Shown here: positions 53,396 through 64,000 of the stretch, piece after piece
Layout of the letters: every line of letters begins with the position of its first letter
Position numbering within the stretch: position 1 is the first letter of the stretch
Source: Octopus sinensis
Lineage: Eukaryota
NCBI RefSeq assembly: GCF_006345805.1
Contig: NC_043005.1
Coordinates: 104,160,001 to 104,224,000 of the forward strand
Length of the DNA: 64,000 nucleotides
Reading direction: 5' to 3'
The notes under the pieces: model-generated
Seen by the model: only the letters and a program-made list of their open reading frames with translations
Database searches by the model: none
Told to the model about the DNA's origin: nothing
Position numbers and translations under genes: made by a program

Positions 53396-53516
53396 CGGTT
53401 TTTTTGACTATTATTAAAATTTTATGTATTGATTAAGTCTTTCCTTGTTGTTTTGCAAAATAGTGGTTTTGTCTCTAATAATATTTTATAATATTTTACT
53501 AAAATAAAATGCAGAC

Positions 53517-53830
53517 TACATGGCGTGCGTTCAGTCCCACTGCATGACATCTTAGGGAAGTATATTTTACTATAACCTCGGGCCGACCAAAGCCTTGTGA
53601 GTGGATTTGGTAGAAGTATGTATATATTTGTGAGTGTGCGTCTGTGTTTGTCCCCCACCATCGCTTGACAACCGATGTCAGTATGTTTACGTCCTCGTAA
53701 CTTAGTAGTTCGGCAAAGGAGGCCGATTGAATGAGTACTATGCTTACAAAGAATAAGTCCTTGGATCATAAAGGCAGTGCTCCATCATGGTCGCAGTCAA
53801 ATGACTGAAAATCAAATATATTCTTTTACT
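53517..53830 (+). mobile_element. SINE family C, 5'-truncated
   Basis: GTTCAGTCCCACTG..CCTCGGGCCGACCAAAGCCTTGTGAGTGGATTTGGTAG..CATCGCTTGACAACCGATG. Confidence 0.85.
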
Positions 53831-53959
53831 CATTTTTTTTACACGTTTCAGTCATTTGACTGCAGCCAAGCTGGAGCACCATCTCCGAGTGTGTGTGTGT
53901 GTGTGTGTGTGTGTACATGCACAACAATTATATGTAAGATTACATACAATTATATGTAG

Positions 53960-54178
53960 ATGGTGGCGAGCTGGCAGAAACGTTAGCACGCCGGGCGAAA
54001 TGCGTAGCCGCATTTCGTCTGCCGGTACTTTCTGAGTTCAAATTCCGCCAAGGTCGACTTTGCCTTTCATCATTTCGGGATAGATAAATTAAGTACTAGT
54101 TATAATCGACTTAATTCGTGTGTCTGTCCTTGTTTGTCCTCTCTGTGTTTAGCCCCTTGTGGGTAGTAAAGAAATAGA
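53960..54178 (+). mobile_element. SINE family A copy
   Basis: GGTGGCGAGCTGGCAGAAACGTTAGCACGCCGGGCG..TTTAGCCCCTTGTGGGTAGTAAAGAAAT. Confidence 0.9.
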
Positions 54179-54472
54179 TATTGTTTATGTACTAGAGAAT
54201 CGAACCCCGCAATATGTATTATGTTTTTTTTTTCTATTCAATTTATTATGCATACTTTGCTTTCGGGACTCACAGTCTCTCTAGTGAAAAATATGCGTAG
54301 TTTCTGTAATAACGCAGAACGTATTGAGTGTCGAATCCTCATTTAATGAAAAGTTTTATATTAAGAATACAACACAGTATCTATCTATCTAACTGTCTAT
54401 ACCCATGCACACACACATACATACATACATACATACATACATACATACATACATACATACATACATACATAC

Positions 54473-54503
<31 letters not shown>

Positions 54504-55223
54504 GTCTGATTTGGACTGGGATTGTAAGTTATAAGCCTGTGGTCATCATTTCGAGTATTTGAGAACCCGATACATATTCATAATAAGGAATTTTTTTCTT
54601 TTTAATCAACAGATAAACAAGATCACCGCTATGTCTCCATAGGATACATTGGGGAAAAGGTTCCAAGCAGTGATTAAGCAAGTAAACACAGACAAAAGAC
54701 TGCATATAGATTAGAGTATGTAGTGGTCCTTAGTGGAAGCGAATTCAAATCACGTAAAAACACGTGTCACCCTCATACTATAATATATTGCTGGGGATTG
54801 TGACAATTTATATGAGATTGTGAGACCTAGGGGTCATCTATGGTTCTCAAAATATAGAAGATTATAACGGAAAAAAATTGCTCAGAAATGAGAAAACGTT
54901 GGTTAAATATGAGTTTTGAGACAATATCGTTAAAGAAAAGAGAAAAAAAATAGTTGTCAATAAATAACATATATATACACACAAATGTACATACCTATAT
55001 CTATGTATACATATTATTTATAAGAATGTATGAGATATATATATGTGTGTATATGAGTATGTATATATGTATGTATGTATATATATGTATATATATCTTT
55101 ATAAATATGTCTATATTTGTGTGTGTGTAGATGTACAGAAAAATATATATTACATATGCAATATGTATATTTATGAAGAGACGAAAATTAGTTGTCAATA
55201 AATGACACATATAAATATGTATG

Positions 55224-55257
<34 letters not shown>

Positions 55258-55377
55258 CGCATGCATGCATACATACACACATACATATATACATACATAC
55301 ATACATAAATACATACACACACACATACATACATACATACATACCTACCTACATACATACATACATACATACATACA

Positions 55378-55408
<31 letters not shown>

Positions 55409-55676
55409 GGATGTATCTAAAATGTATATTTATGAAGGGAAGGAAATTACTTGCTGATAAATTAGATGTACCTTCACACACTCACACACACACTCTCTCT
55501 CTCTCTCACACACACACACACTCTCTCTCTCTCTCTCTCTCACACACACAACGCAACATATTAGTATATTATTTATGCAATATAAGCAATATTAAGCATA
55601 TTTATATTCCTTATTTTGTAGTTTGCAAATGCATCCTTCGTGACGAGATTCGAAACTGATACATTTTGTTTATTAG

Positions 55677-55832
55677 AGAAGCGTACTACCTTTACCAGTA
55701 CACCGAGAGATTAATTCTCAAATTAGATATAACCGTCTATGGACTCTGCAATACGCTTATATGACCGGAACCTCACTGCAAACAGCTAATTGGCTGGTGA
55801 ATACCACAAGCTTAAATGGGAACTTCGAGAAG
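55677..55832 (+). CDS. Candidate internal coding exon, 156 nt, phase 0-0
   Basis: acceptor ACATTTTGTTTATTAG|, donor GAAG|GTAACG, one open frame: RSVLPLPVHREINSQIRYNRLWTLQYAYMTGTSLQTANWLVNTTSLNGNFEK; protein not recognised. Confidence 0.35.
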
Positions 55833-56078
55833 GTAACGACTCTGATAAACAATGAAACATTTTCACCAAATTTAGGAGATGAGACATTTCCTGCTCAGAG
55901 TGTGTGTAAACGTTGTTGCATTTAGTTAGGAAGTGTAGTGCACGTGGTATTACTGCTACCATGGTCTTGTTTTACTTTCTTGTCTATAAGCGGTGTGTAA
56001 TGTTTAAAGACGCCATCTGTACCTTTCCATTTGTGCGGCTAGCAAAAACGTGTATATAGATACTTAAATACATAGTGT

Positions 56079-56154
<76 letters not shown>

Positions 56155-56175
56155 ACTATCTATCTATGAATACCC

Positions 56176-56233
<58 letters not shown>

Positions 56234-56457
56234 TATATATGTATATATATATATATTTATACATATGTGTGTGTATGTAATTTTTTTGACTAATGGGTAT
56301 ATGTCAATTAGTGTATTTTCTTTATATATATCTGTGTGTGTGTGTGTGTGTGTGTCTATGTGTACGTGTGTGTATGTGTACGTGTGTGTATGTATTTATG
56401 TATGTATTGTATAGATAAATAGATAGATATAATAACACAGCTGGGCAGAGGTTCACT

Positions 56458-56513
<56 letters not shown>

Positions 56514-57339
56514 TATATTATTTAATGTTACTTTAGAACCTGTATCATGTTCGTAAGAAGCACGAGGGGTAGAATTTGCAACTTAAGGATAATTACACGT
56601 ATTGAATATTTCTAAACGACTACACCTTTTGTTTCATTTTTATCAAGACACACACACACACTCACACACACGTGCACACAGCACACGCACACACGCATGG
56701 ACATATACATACATATCACAACCTTTACTAGTATATAGGTAGACACTGTCTATTTACTGATACACGGTATAATATATACATACCTGCACACACATATATG
56801 AGTGTGTGTGTATATATAAACACAGACACACACACAGACATGCACACACACACAAGTACATAGACACGTACACATACACATACATACACACACACACACG
56901 AGTTCTATGTATTGAAATGAATCTACAGTTTCTCCAGTATAACTCCATTTTAAAAGTACAATGTTCTCACAAATCCGTCATTTCCTTCTAACTTCATTCA
57001 ATTTTCAAGCGCTTATCCATGACAAAATCAAGCGTTAGATAATTGAATTAATTCGCTATCTTCTGTTTCTCTTCTGTCGTTAGTTTAGAATGTTAACATA
57101 CTACAGTACAGTTTATATTGGTTTATAAATGTTTGGATTATCCTGTTAAATTCTCATATAAGGTGTTCGTGTAAATGAGATGAGGGAATAATACATCTTA
57201 CCTGTCTGAAATGTTTACAGGAGTGTTTATTCTTCCTAGCACACATTTTGTCTCATTGACGCTTTTCAACAAATAATTTCAAACTTTGAATACGTATGTA
57301 TAATGCATGCGCATGTATGTATGTATGTATGCACGCGGT

Positions 57340-57825
57340 GAAGGCGCATGACACAGTGGTTAGAGCGTCAGGCTCACAATCATGAGGTAGTGAGTTCGAT
57401 TCCCAGAACGGTCTATGTGTTGTGTTCTTGGGCAGGAGACTTATTTCACGTTATTCCAGTTCACTCAGCTGTAGAAATGAGTTGCGACGTCACAAGTGCC
57501 AAGCTGTATCGGCCCCTTTGCCTTTCCCTTGGACAACATCAGTGGCGTGGAGAGGAAAGAATGGTATGCATGGGCGACTGCTGGCCTTCCATAAACAACC
57601 TTGCCCAGACTTGTGCGTCGGAGGATAACTTTCTAGGTGCATCCCATGGTCATTCATTTGTCTTTACCCTTATAAGTCTTTCCTCTGTCTTCCCTTCTCT
57701 GGATCTTTCCTTCTCCTATGTTTCCTTCTTTCCTTCCTTCCTGAGCGTCCAATAATACTACATTTGTTGCACGTCCTCGCGTTGTGGTGTTTTCTCTTTG
57801 TGTTTTCATGTTTGGATTAACTTTA
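57340..57825 (+). mobile_element. tRNA-derived SINE joined to the HHR-family 3' domain (ribozyme core deleted)
   Basis: GAAGGCGCATGACACAGTGGTTAGAGCG..GAGTTCGATTCCC head; 57680-57825 homologous to 61870-62048. Confidence 0.8.
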
Positions 57826-58619
57826 TGTATGTATGTACGTATGTATGTATGTATGTATGTATGTATGTACGTATGTATGTATTATGGATATATGGATGGA
57901 TGGATGGATAGACAGATGGATATTCCCCTTTTCTCTTCGTTCTAAGTGTATTTTTGAATTTCTCGGTGGCAAGGTTATAAAGCCCCCCCCCAAAAAAAAA
58001 AAGAAAAGAAAATTGTCACCATTTCTGGCGTAAGTGTCCATCCTTTGAATCGTATAAGAACATTTTACATATTTTGAAGGTTTCAGACATCGAGAACGTT
58101 TGTAGCTTGTGAATTAAGGAGTGACGTATTTTCCCCACGAATACAAGGGCAGTTATACAATGCTCCACAGCGGTCGGGGTATAAATTCTTGATTCAATAA
58201 TAACGGGTATGAAGCTGATAGTGTATCTTGTATAAAAGATCTGGAAAATTCTCATTAATAGCCCACATGTACCCTTCTCCATTTGCAATGTTCACATCAA
58301 GCGAATTGCTGATTTCAACGACAGACTTAATTTGTGGTCCCAAAGTACAATGTCGGTTTGGTTTTAATTTGATAGCATTTTTTTTTACTTTTAGGTTTCA
58401 CCAATATTCCTTTGAGCTCGCAGTGTCAATATATTCTGCTTTGTTTGATTTGATTTTAATGTATGTATATATGTGAATATGTATTTATGCATAAATGTAG
58501 ATATGTGTGTGTTGTGTGTGGGTGTGTGTAAGTGTATATGCATACATTATATATATGCTTTTCTCGCTGTATTGCGTGTTCGTGTATTTTTGCATCTTTT
58601 ATTTTATTATTGATCTTCA

Positions 58620-58945
<326 letters not shown>

Positions 58946-59434
58946 AATAACGTAAACAATGTACATAATTCCTCATCACTTAAATATAGAACTAATTACC
59001 TTTTAATTTGCTGCTTTTCTTTTCACAAAATGAGAAGAAACATTGTAGCACTAATATTTTAACGAGTAATATCTATTTATTACCCGAAGAGACACAGCTG
59101 TGCCATCGGATACTCCTGAACCAGTTGTTAAGTGTCCCACTCGATGCCAGATATGTCGAAACAATTGTCGTGATCAATAAAAGTTCTCGTATCCTCCATC
59201 TTTCGTTTATCATTTACCATATATATTATATATATATATATGTATATATATATGTGTGTGTGTGTGTATTGTGTGTGTGTGTGTATGTGTATGCATATAT
59301 ACAAACATGTATGTATGTATACATATATTTTAATGTTTAATTTTATGCTATAATAAAAATAGTTCTACATTAAACTGATGCATTACTTAATACACACCCA
59401 CACTAACACATACGCACGCACACGCACATATAGG

Positions 59435-59745
59435 GTACTATAGCCCCAGGCCGACCAAAAGCCTTGTGAGTAGATCTAGTAAACGGAAACTGAGAGAAGT
59501 CCTTCGTATATACACACACACACATATGTATATTATATATGTGTGTGTGTGCGTGTGTATGTGCGTGAATTTGTGTGTGCATTTCTGTGTTTGTCCCCCC
59601 TCCATCGCTTGACAATCTATGTTGGTGTGTTTACGCCCCCGTAACTTAGCGGTTGGGCAGAATAAGTATTAGGATTACAAATAATAAGCCCTGGGGTCGA
59701 TGCCCGGCATGGATGCCTCTAAATAACTGAAACAAGTAAAAGAAT
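59435..59745 (+). mobile_element. SINE family C 3' portion
   Basis: CTATAGCCCCAGGCCGACCAAAAGCCTTGTGAG..CATCGCTTGACAA..ATAACTGAAACAAGTAAAAGA. Confidence 0.85.
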
Positions 59746-59881
59746 AGGTATATATATACATTATATATACACCATACATACATAGATACATACACACATA
59801 CATACACACACTCACACACACACACACATACACACATACACACACACACCACACACACACACATACACACACACACACACA

Positions 59882-59943
<62 letters not shown>

Positions 59944-59945
<2 letters not shown>

Positions 59946-60135
59946 AGTAACGATAAATTTTTTTTTAAATGCAGAATGCTCAAATGAAAGAAAATTTTAA
60001 TAAAATGAGAAATTGATAAAATATATAAATATATATTTTTATATATATTTATATATTTTAATCAATTTCTCATTTTATTAAATTTTTCTTTCATTTGAGC
60101 ATTCTGCATTTTTAAAAAAATTTTTCCTTACTTAT
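59944..60135. repeat. Fold-back palindrome, ~85-90 bp arms
   Basis: AAATGCAGAATGCTCAAATGAAAGAAAA..AATGAGAAATTGAT mirrored by ATCAATTTCTCATT..TTTCTTTCATTTGAGCATTCTGCATTT. Confidence 0.9.
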
Positions 60136-60179
60136 CATTTCTCCACGTGCGGTCAACACAACCCCACCATTTATTGATC

Positions 60180-60249
<70 letters not shown>

Positions 60250-60342
60250 ATATAATATATTTATATATATATATATATATATAAATTTTCTGAATGTGAT
60301 AAAAAACTAAGGCTGTGAAAGATTCAGGACATTTATGAATAG

Positions 60343-60390
60343 GTCTTACAGCTGTTTCCGGGATATTTTATATATCCCTTCATCGGAGAC
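60343..60390 (-). ncRNA. Minimal type I hammerhead motif (CCGAUGA core variant)
   Basis: minus: GTCT-CCGATGA-A-GGGATAT(ataaa)ATATCCC-G-GAAA-CAGCTG-TA-AGAC. Confidence 0.65.
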
Positions 60391-60759
60391 AGCGTGAGAA
60401 AATGGTTAAGCAATAGTTAATTTAGATAAGATATGGAATTGAGAGTGAAGTGGAGGAATGAAAACAGACGTGAGATATGCAGGGATATTGCATCTGTAGT
60501 TCCATTATTTAGGCAGAATGGTATACATATAAGATTCCAGTACCTTGTGAGTAAGTTCCAATAGTATTTAAAATTGGTCATTCCAAGCATTGAGTTTGTA
60601 CTCAGTGTTATTGAAACGGTGTTATTGAATGAGTGATGGGAATGTCTATCTTGGGTTGCCTTATTCTTCTTATTTTTCTTTCCGTGTGCCTTCTTATTTT
60701 TCATCAACAATTTTAACAATTCAGTCAGTAGTGCATTCTCTTTTATTTATCATGACTTC

Positions 60760-61298
60760 TTGCCAATATTTTGCCTCGCTGTTAGCGAGCGGTCAAAAAT
60801 GGTAATAGTTTGAAAGTTCAGGAGAATACGTATCAGGAGAATACGTTGAGTGCAGTAGAATATCTTAACTGGGCTCTTACATAGCAAATAAACGTCGTCT
60901 GGGTGAGCATTGTGTTGAACAAATACGCTGTGCCATCGGTCAGGTCATTTCAACCGGATTGCCCATTGAATGAATGTGACCGGCGACTATATCATGAAAG
61001 CACCCAATCTGCTGGATTATTATCTCGTGGATTGACACAAATTCTCGTTGGTAAACTCATTCAATCGATATTCATTGAAATGAGCAAGTCGGCCGGAACG
61101 CAGAGAGTCTCCAAGATTGAGTTTCTCCTCCTTGAAGCCCGAAAACTATTTCTATGCAGTTCTTTCAGTTATAGCGCTTTTCCTGGAGACAGCACAAATA
61201 TCTCGAACGGATTTGGCAGCTTCGGAACCTTCACTAAGAGCGAAAAGAAGCTTCTGTCGAGAAAGCTCACATTCTTATGTTTCCACTTAGCACTCTAT
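60760..61298 (-). mobile_element. Mariner (Tc1/mariner) transposase relic, N-terminal HTH region
   Basis: IEC*VE..LLFALSEGSEAAKSVRDICAV...AITERTA*K*FSGFKEEKLNLGDSLRSGR..FNEYRLNE..EN..QSTR / GCFHDIVAGHIHSMG; matches the mariner pattern ICxVYG..ERT..WF..F..G.F.L.D..RSGRP. Confidence 0.85.
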
Positions 61299-61502
61299 CA
61301 TCATTTGCCTGAAGAGAGTTAAGTTAAACAATAAACAAAAGTTGTGGGTAAAGAATAGAGCTACAACCCCCATGCACTACCAACGCCTCCCCCCACACAC
61401 ACATAAAACGCTAGCATAAAATGCTATTTTCGTGTTATTACAAATATCATTGGAAATAACATTGGGAAAAGAATTTACCTGACAGCAGTATACATATATA
61501 TA

Positions 61503-61571
<69 letters not shown>

Positions 61572-61659
61572 GTATGTGTGTATGTATGTATGTATGTATG
61601 TATGTATGCATTATGTATGTATGTATGTATGTATGTATGTGTGCATGTATGTATGTATA

Positions 61660-61828
61660 CCGTATTTTAATGTGTATAAGAAATCCATTTTTGTCAAAAA
61701 TTTAGTTTAAAAAATATGGGAGTTTCTTATACATGGATAGTATTGTAATCCCTTACAAAACCTTTTTTTCAGAATTTTAAGCGCCCCCCGCCCAAATTAG
61801 AGGGTTACCTATACACGTTAACATGCAG
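61660..61828. mobile_element. Degenerate pogo/Tigger-like MITE, 169 bp
   Basis: TA|CCGTATTTTAATGTGTATAAG ... CCTATACACGTTAACATGCAG|TA; 16/21 TIR match with TA flanks. Confidence 0.55.
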
Positions 61829-61849
61829 TATATATGTGATCGCGAGTGT

Positions 61850-62048
61850 ATCGTTGACGATTTTCTTTCTACGTCTTGCCTTCCTTCGACCATTCCTTTT
61901 TCTATGTTTCTGACGAAGAGCTCCGCTCGAAACGTTAGATCCTCCTTCTTTCTTTCCTTTCTTCAGTGTCCAATAACAAACACTATACTTGTTCTACGTC
62001 CTCGCGTTGTTGTGCTTTCTCTTTGCGTTTTCATGTTTGGATTAACTA
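61850..62048 (+). mobile_element. HHR-bearing short repeat; motif at 61906-61940
   Basis: GTTT-CTGACGA-A-GAGC(tcc)GCTC-GAAA-CG-TT-AGAT; homologous to 41915-42075. Confidence 0.75.
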
Positions 62049-62053
62049 TATAT

Positions 62054-62113
<60 letters not shown>

Positions 62114-62172
62114 TATACATATATAGTGATATACATATACATAGTAATAGGGATGAATAACTATATAAATAA

Positions 62173-62209
<37 letters not shown>

Positions 62210-62221
62210 ATTATTTTATTT

Positions 62222-62556
62222 TCACTTGTTTCAGTCATTTGACTGCGGCCATGTAGGAGCACCACCTTTGGTCGAACGAATCGACCCCAGAACTTATTCT
62301 TTGTAAGCCTAGTACTTATTCTATGGCTTCATTGCCGAACCGCTAAGTTACGGGGACGTAAACACATCAACATCAGTTGTCAATCGATGATGGGGCGGCA
62401 GACACAGAAATACATACATACATACAGTTTCCGTCTACCAAATCCACTCACAAAGCTTTGGTCGGTCCGAAGCTATAGGTGAAGGCACTTGCCCAAAGTG
62501 TCTCAAAGTGGAAGTGAGTGCCTAAAAATGTGGTTGGGAAGCAACCCACTCCTGCG

Positions 62557-62560
<4 letters not shown>
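62222..62560 (-). mobile_element. SINE family C copy
   Basis: minus starts AGGCGCAGGAGTGG..; ends GCCGCAGTCAAATGACTGAAACAAG. Confidence 0.85.
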
Positions 62561-62594
<34 letters not shown>

Positions 62595-62623
62595 TATATA
62601 TATATAATATATATATTCATATA

Positions 62624-62657
<34 letters not shown>

Positions 62658-62823
62658 ATATATATATATATATATATTTCATGATATATATATATTATAT
62701 ATATATATATATATATAATATATTATATATTTCAACAATTGAGGGTAAAATTAATTAATTATTAATCAATTTCACCATATTCAGTATGCAAAGGGACCAT
62801 TTAAGGCGAATTCAAATTATTAC

Positions 62824-63604
62824 ATATATAAAAGGGCTTAGTAAAATAAATTACTTTGCCACATACTGAACTCATTAAAAATAGCAGCTAAAAAAAAAAC
62901 TTTTTTAAAACTATTTCCAATACTTAAAGAAAATCTCTCTCATATAGTGTTTGCTCAATTCACTCACGAAAGTATGGGGGTAAAGACATTAAAAAATCAA
63001 ATGCAAAGGTTATTTGAGAACGTACGTTTCTAGATTAGTCAACTCGACATTTCTATCATAAGCTCAGAACTCCTTGTTTGGATTTGAAAACACTGAAGTG
63101 GGAGCATACCCTTTCGGCTTCTTATCGCTTCTGAAGATCTGCTCGAAACTAACAATGGCCAGCAAACTCAAAATATGCAAGCGAAGAATTTCTGCTCTCC
63201 CCTTTCCACCAGCGTGGGTTAAAATCAGTAAACACTATGCTTTTTCGGTAAAATCCGAGTTTGCTGGCACTGTTAGTTTCGAGCAGATCTTCAGAAGCGA
63301 TAAGAAGCCGAAAGGGTATGCTCCCACTTTCAGTGTTTTCAAATCCAAACCAAGGAGTTCTGAGCTTATGATAGAAATGTCGAGTTGACTAATCTAGAAA
63401 CGTACGTTCTCAAATAACCTTTGCATTTGATTTTTTATGTCTTTACCCCCATACTTTCGTGAGTTGAATTGAGGCAAACACTATATGAGAGAGATTTTCT
63501 TTAAGTATTGGAAATAGTTTTAAAAAAGTTTTTTTTTTAGCTGCTATTTTCAATGAGTTCAGTATGTGGCAAAGTAATTTATTTTACTAAGCCCTTTTAT
63601 ATAA
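62824..63604. repeat. Fold-back palindrome, ~346-bp arms, 87-bp spacer, between (TA)n tracts
   Basis: 62824-63169 is the reverse complement of 63257-63604 apart from a few indels and substitutions. Confidence 0.95.
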
Positions 63605-63661
63605 TATATATATATAATATATATATATTCATATATATATTATATATATATATATACTATA

Positions 63662-63718
<57 letters not shown>

Positions 63719-64000
63719 TATATATATATATATATTATATATATAAGGGGAAGGAGAGAGAGAGACAGATAGGCAGATTGACAGAATGACAGAGGCAGAG
63801 GCAAAGAGAAAGTGGAAACAGGGGGAGGAGATGGAGAGAGAGAAATAGACAGAGTAAAAGAGAACTAGAATGAGTTGGATGGATAAAGGATCAGTGACAA
63901 ATTATGACGGAAGAAGTGGTTGCAAAAGAGAAAATATCTGGAGGTAACCAAGCCGAAGAGCGGGGATGGGGGTAGATGAGGAAGAAGACGCTGAAGAGAA

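Noticed and set aside
63074-63388. 104-aa ORF across the palindrome centre
   Set aside because: Arises from mirrored sequence; no recognisable motifs

Overview
Eukaryotic, AT-rich, repeat-dominated window, most likely from a coleoid cephalopod (octopus-like; inferred from the recalled SINE sequences and microsatellite density, not from a search). Nearly all ORFs in the supplied track are microsatellite translation artefacts. Supported content: (i) many copies of several tRNA-derived SINE families; (ii) R2-superfamily non-LTR retrotransposon pieces, namely three R4/Dong-like copies at (TAA)n tracts (two stacked in tandem at 26.9-30.0 kb) and a HERO-like 3' end; (iii) three Penelope-like (PLE) GIY-YIG fragments; (iv) a mariner transposase relic, a pogo-like MITE and a Helitron-like non-autonomous element; (v) at least six minimal type I hammerhead-ribozyme (HHR) motifs from several unrelated repeat families; (vi) four fold-back palindromes; (vii) two candidate host exons missed by the ORF track (43813-44160, 55677-55832). 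The most unusual segment is a ~5.4 kb very AT-rich block at 48141-53516. It contains a head-to-head PLE endonuclease palindrome, a long strand-skewed tandem-repeat region, a hairpin cluster inside perfect 52-bp inverted repeats, a complete HHR, and matching inverted 16-mers with TA at both ends. Many single-base indels suggest an imperfectly polished long-read assembly, so fold-backs and duplications need read-level validation.
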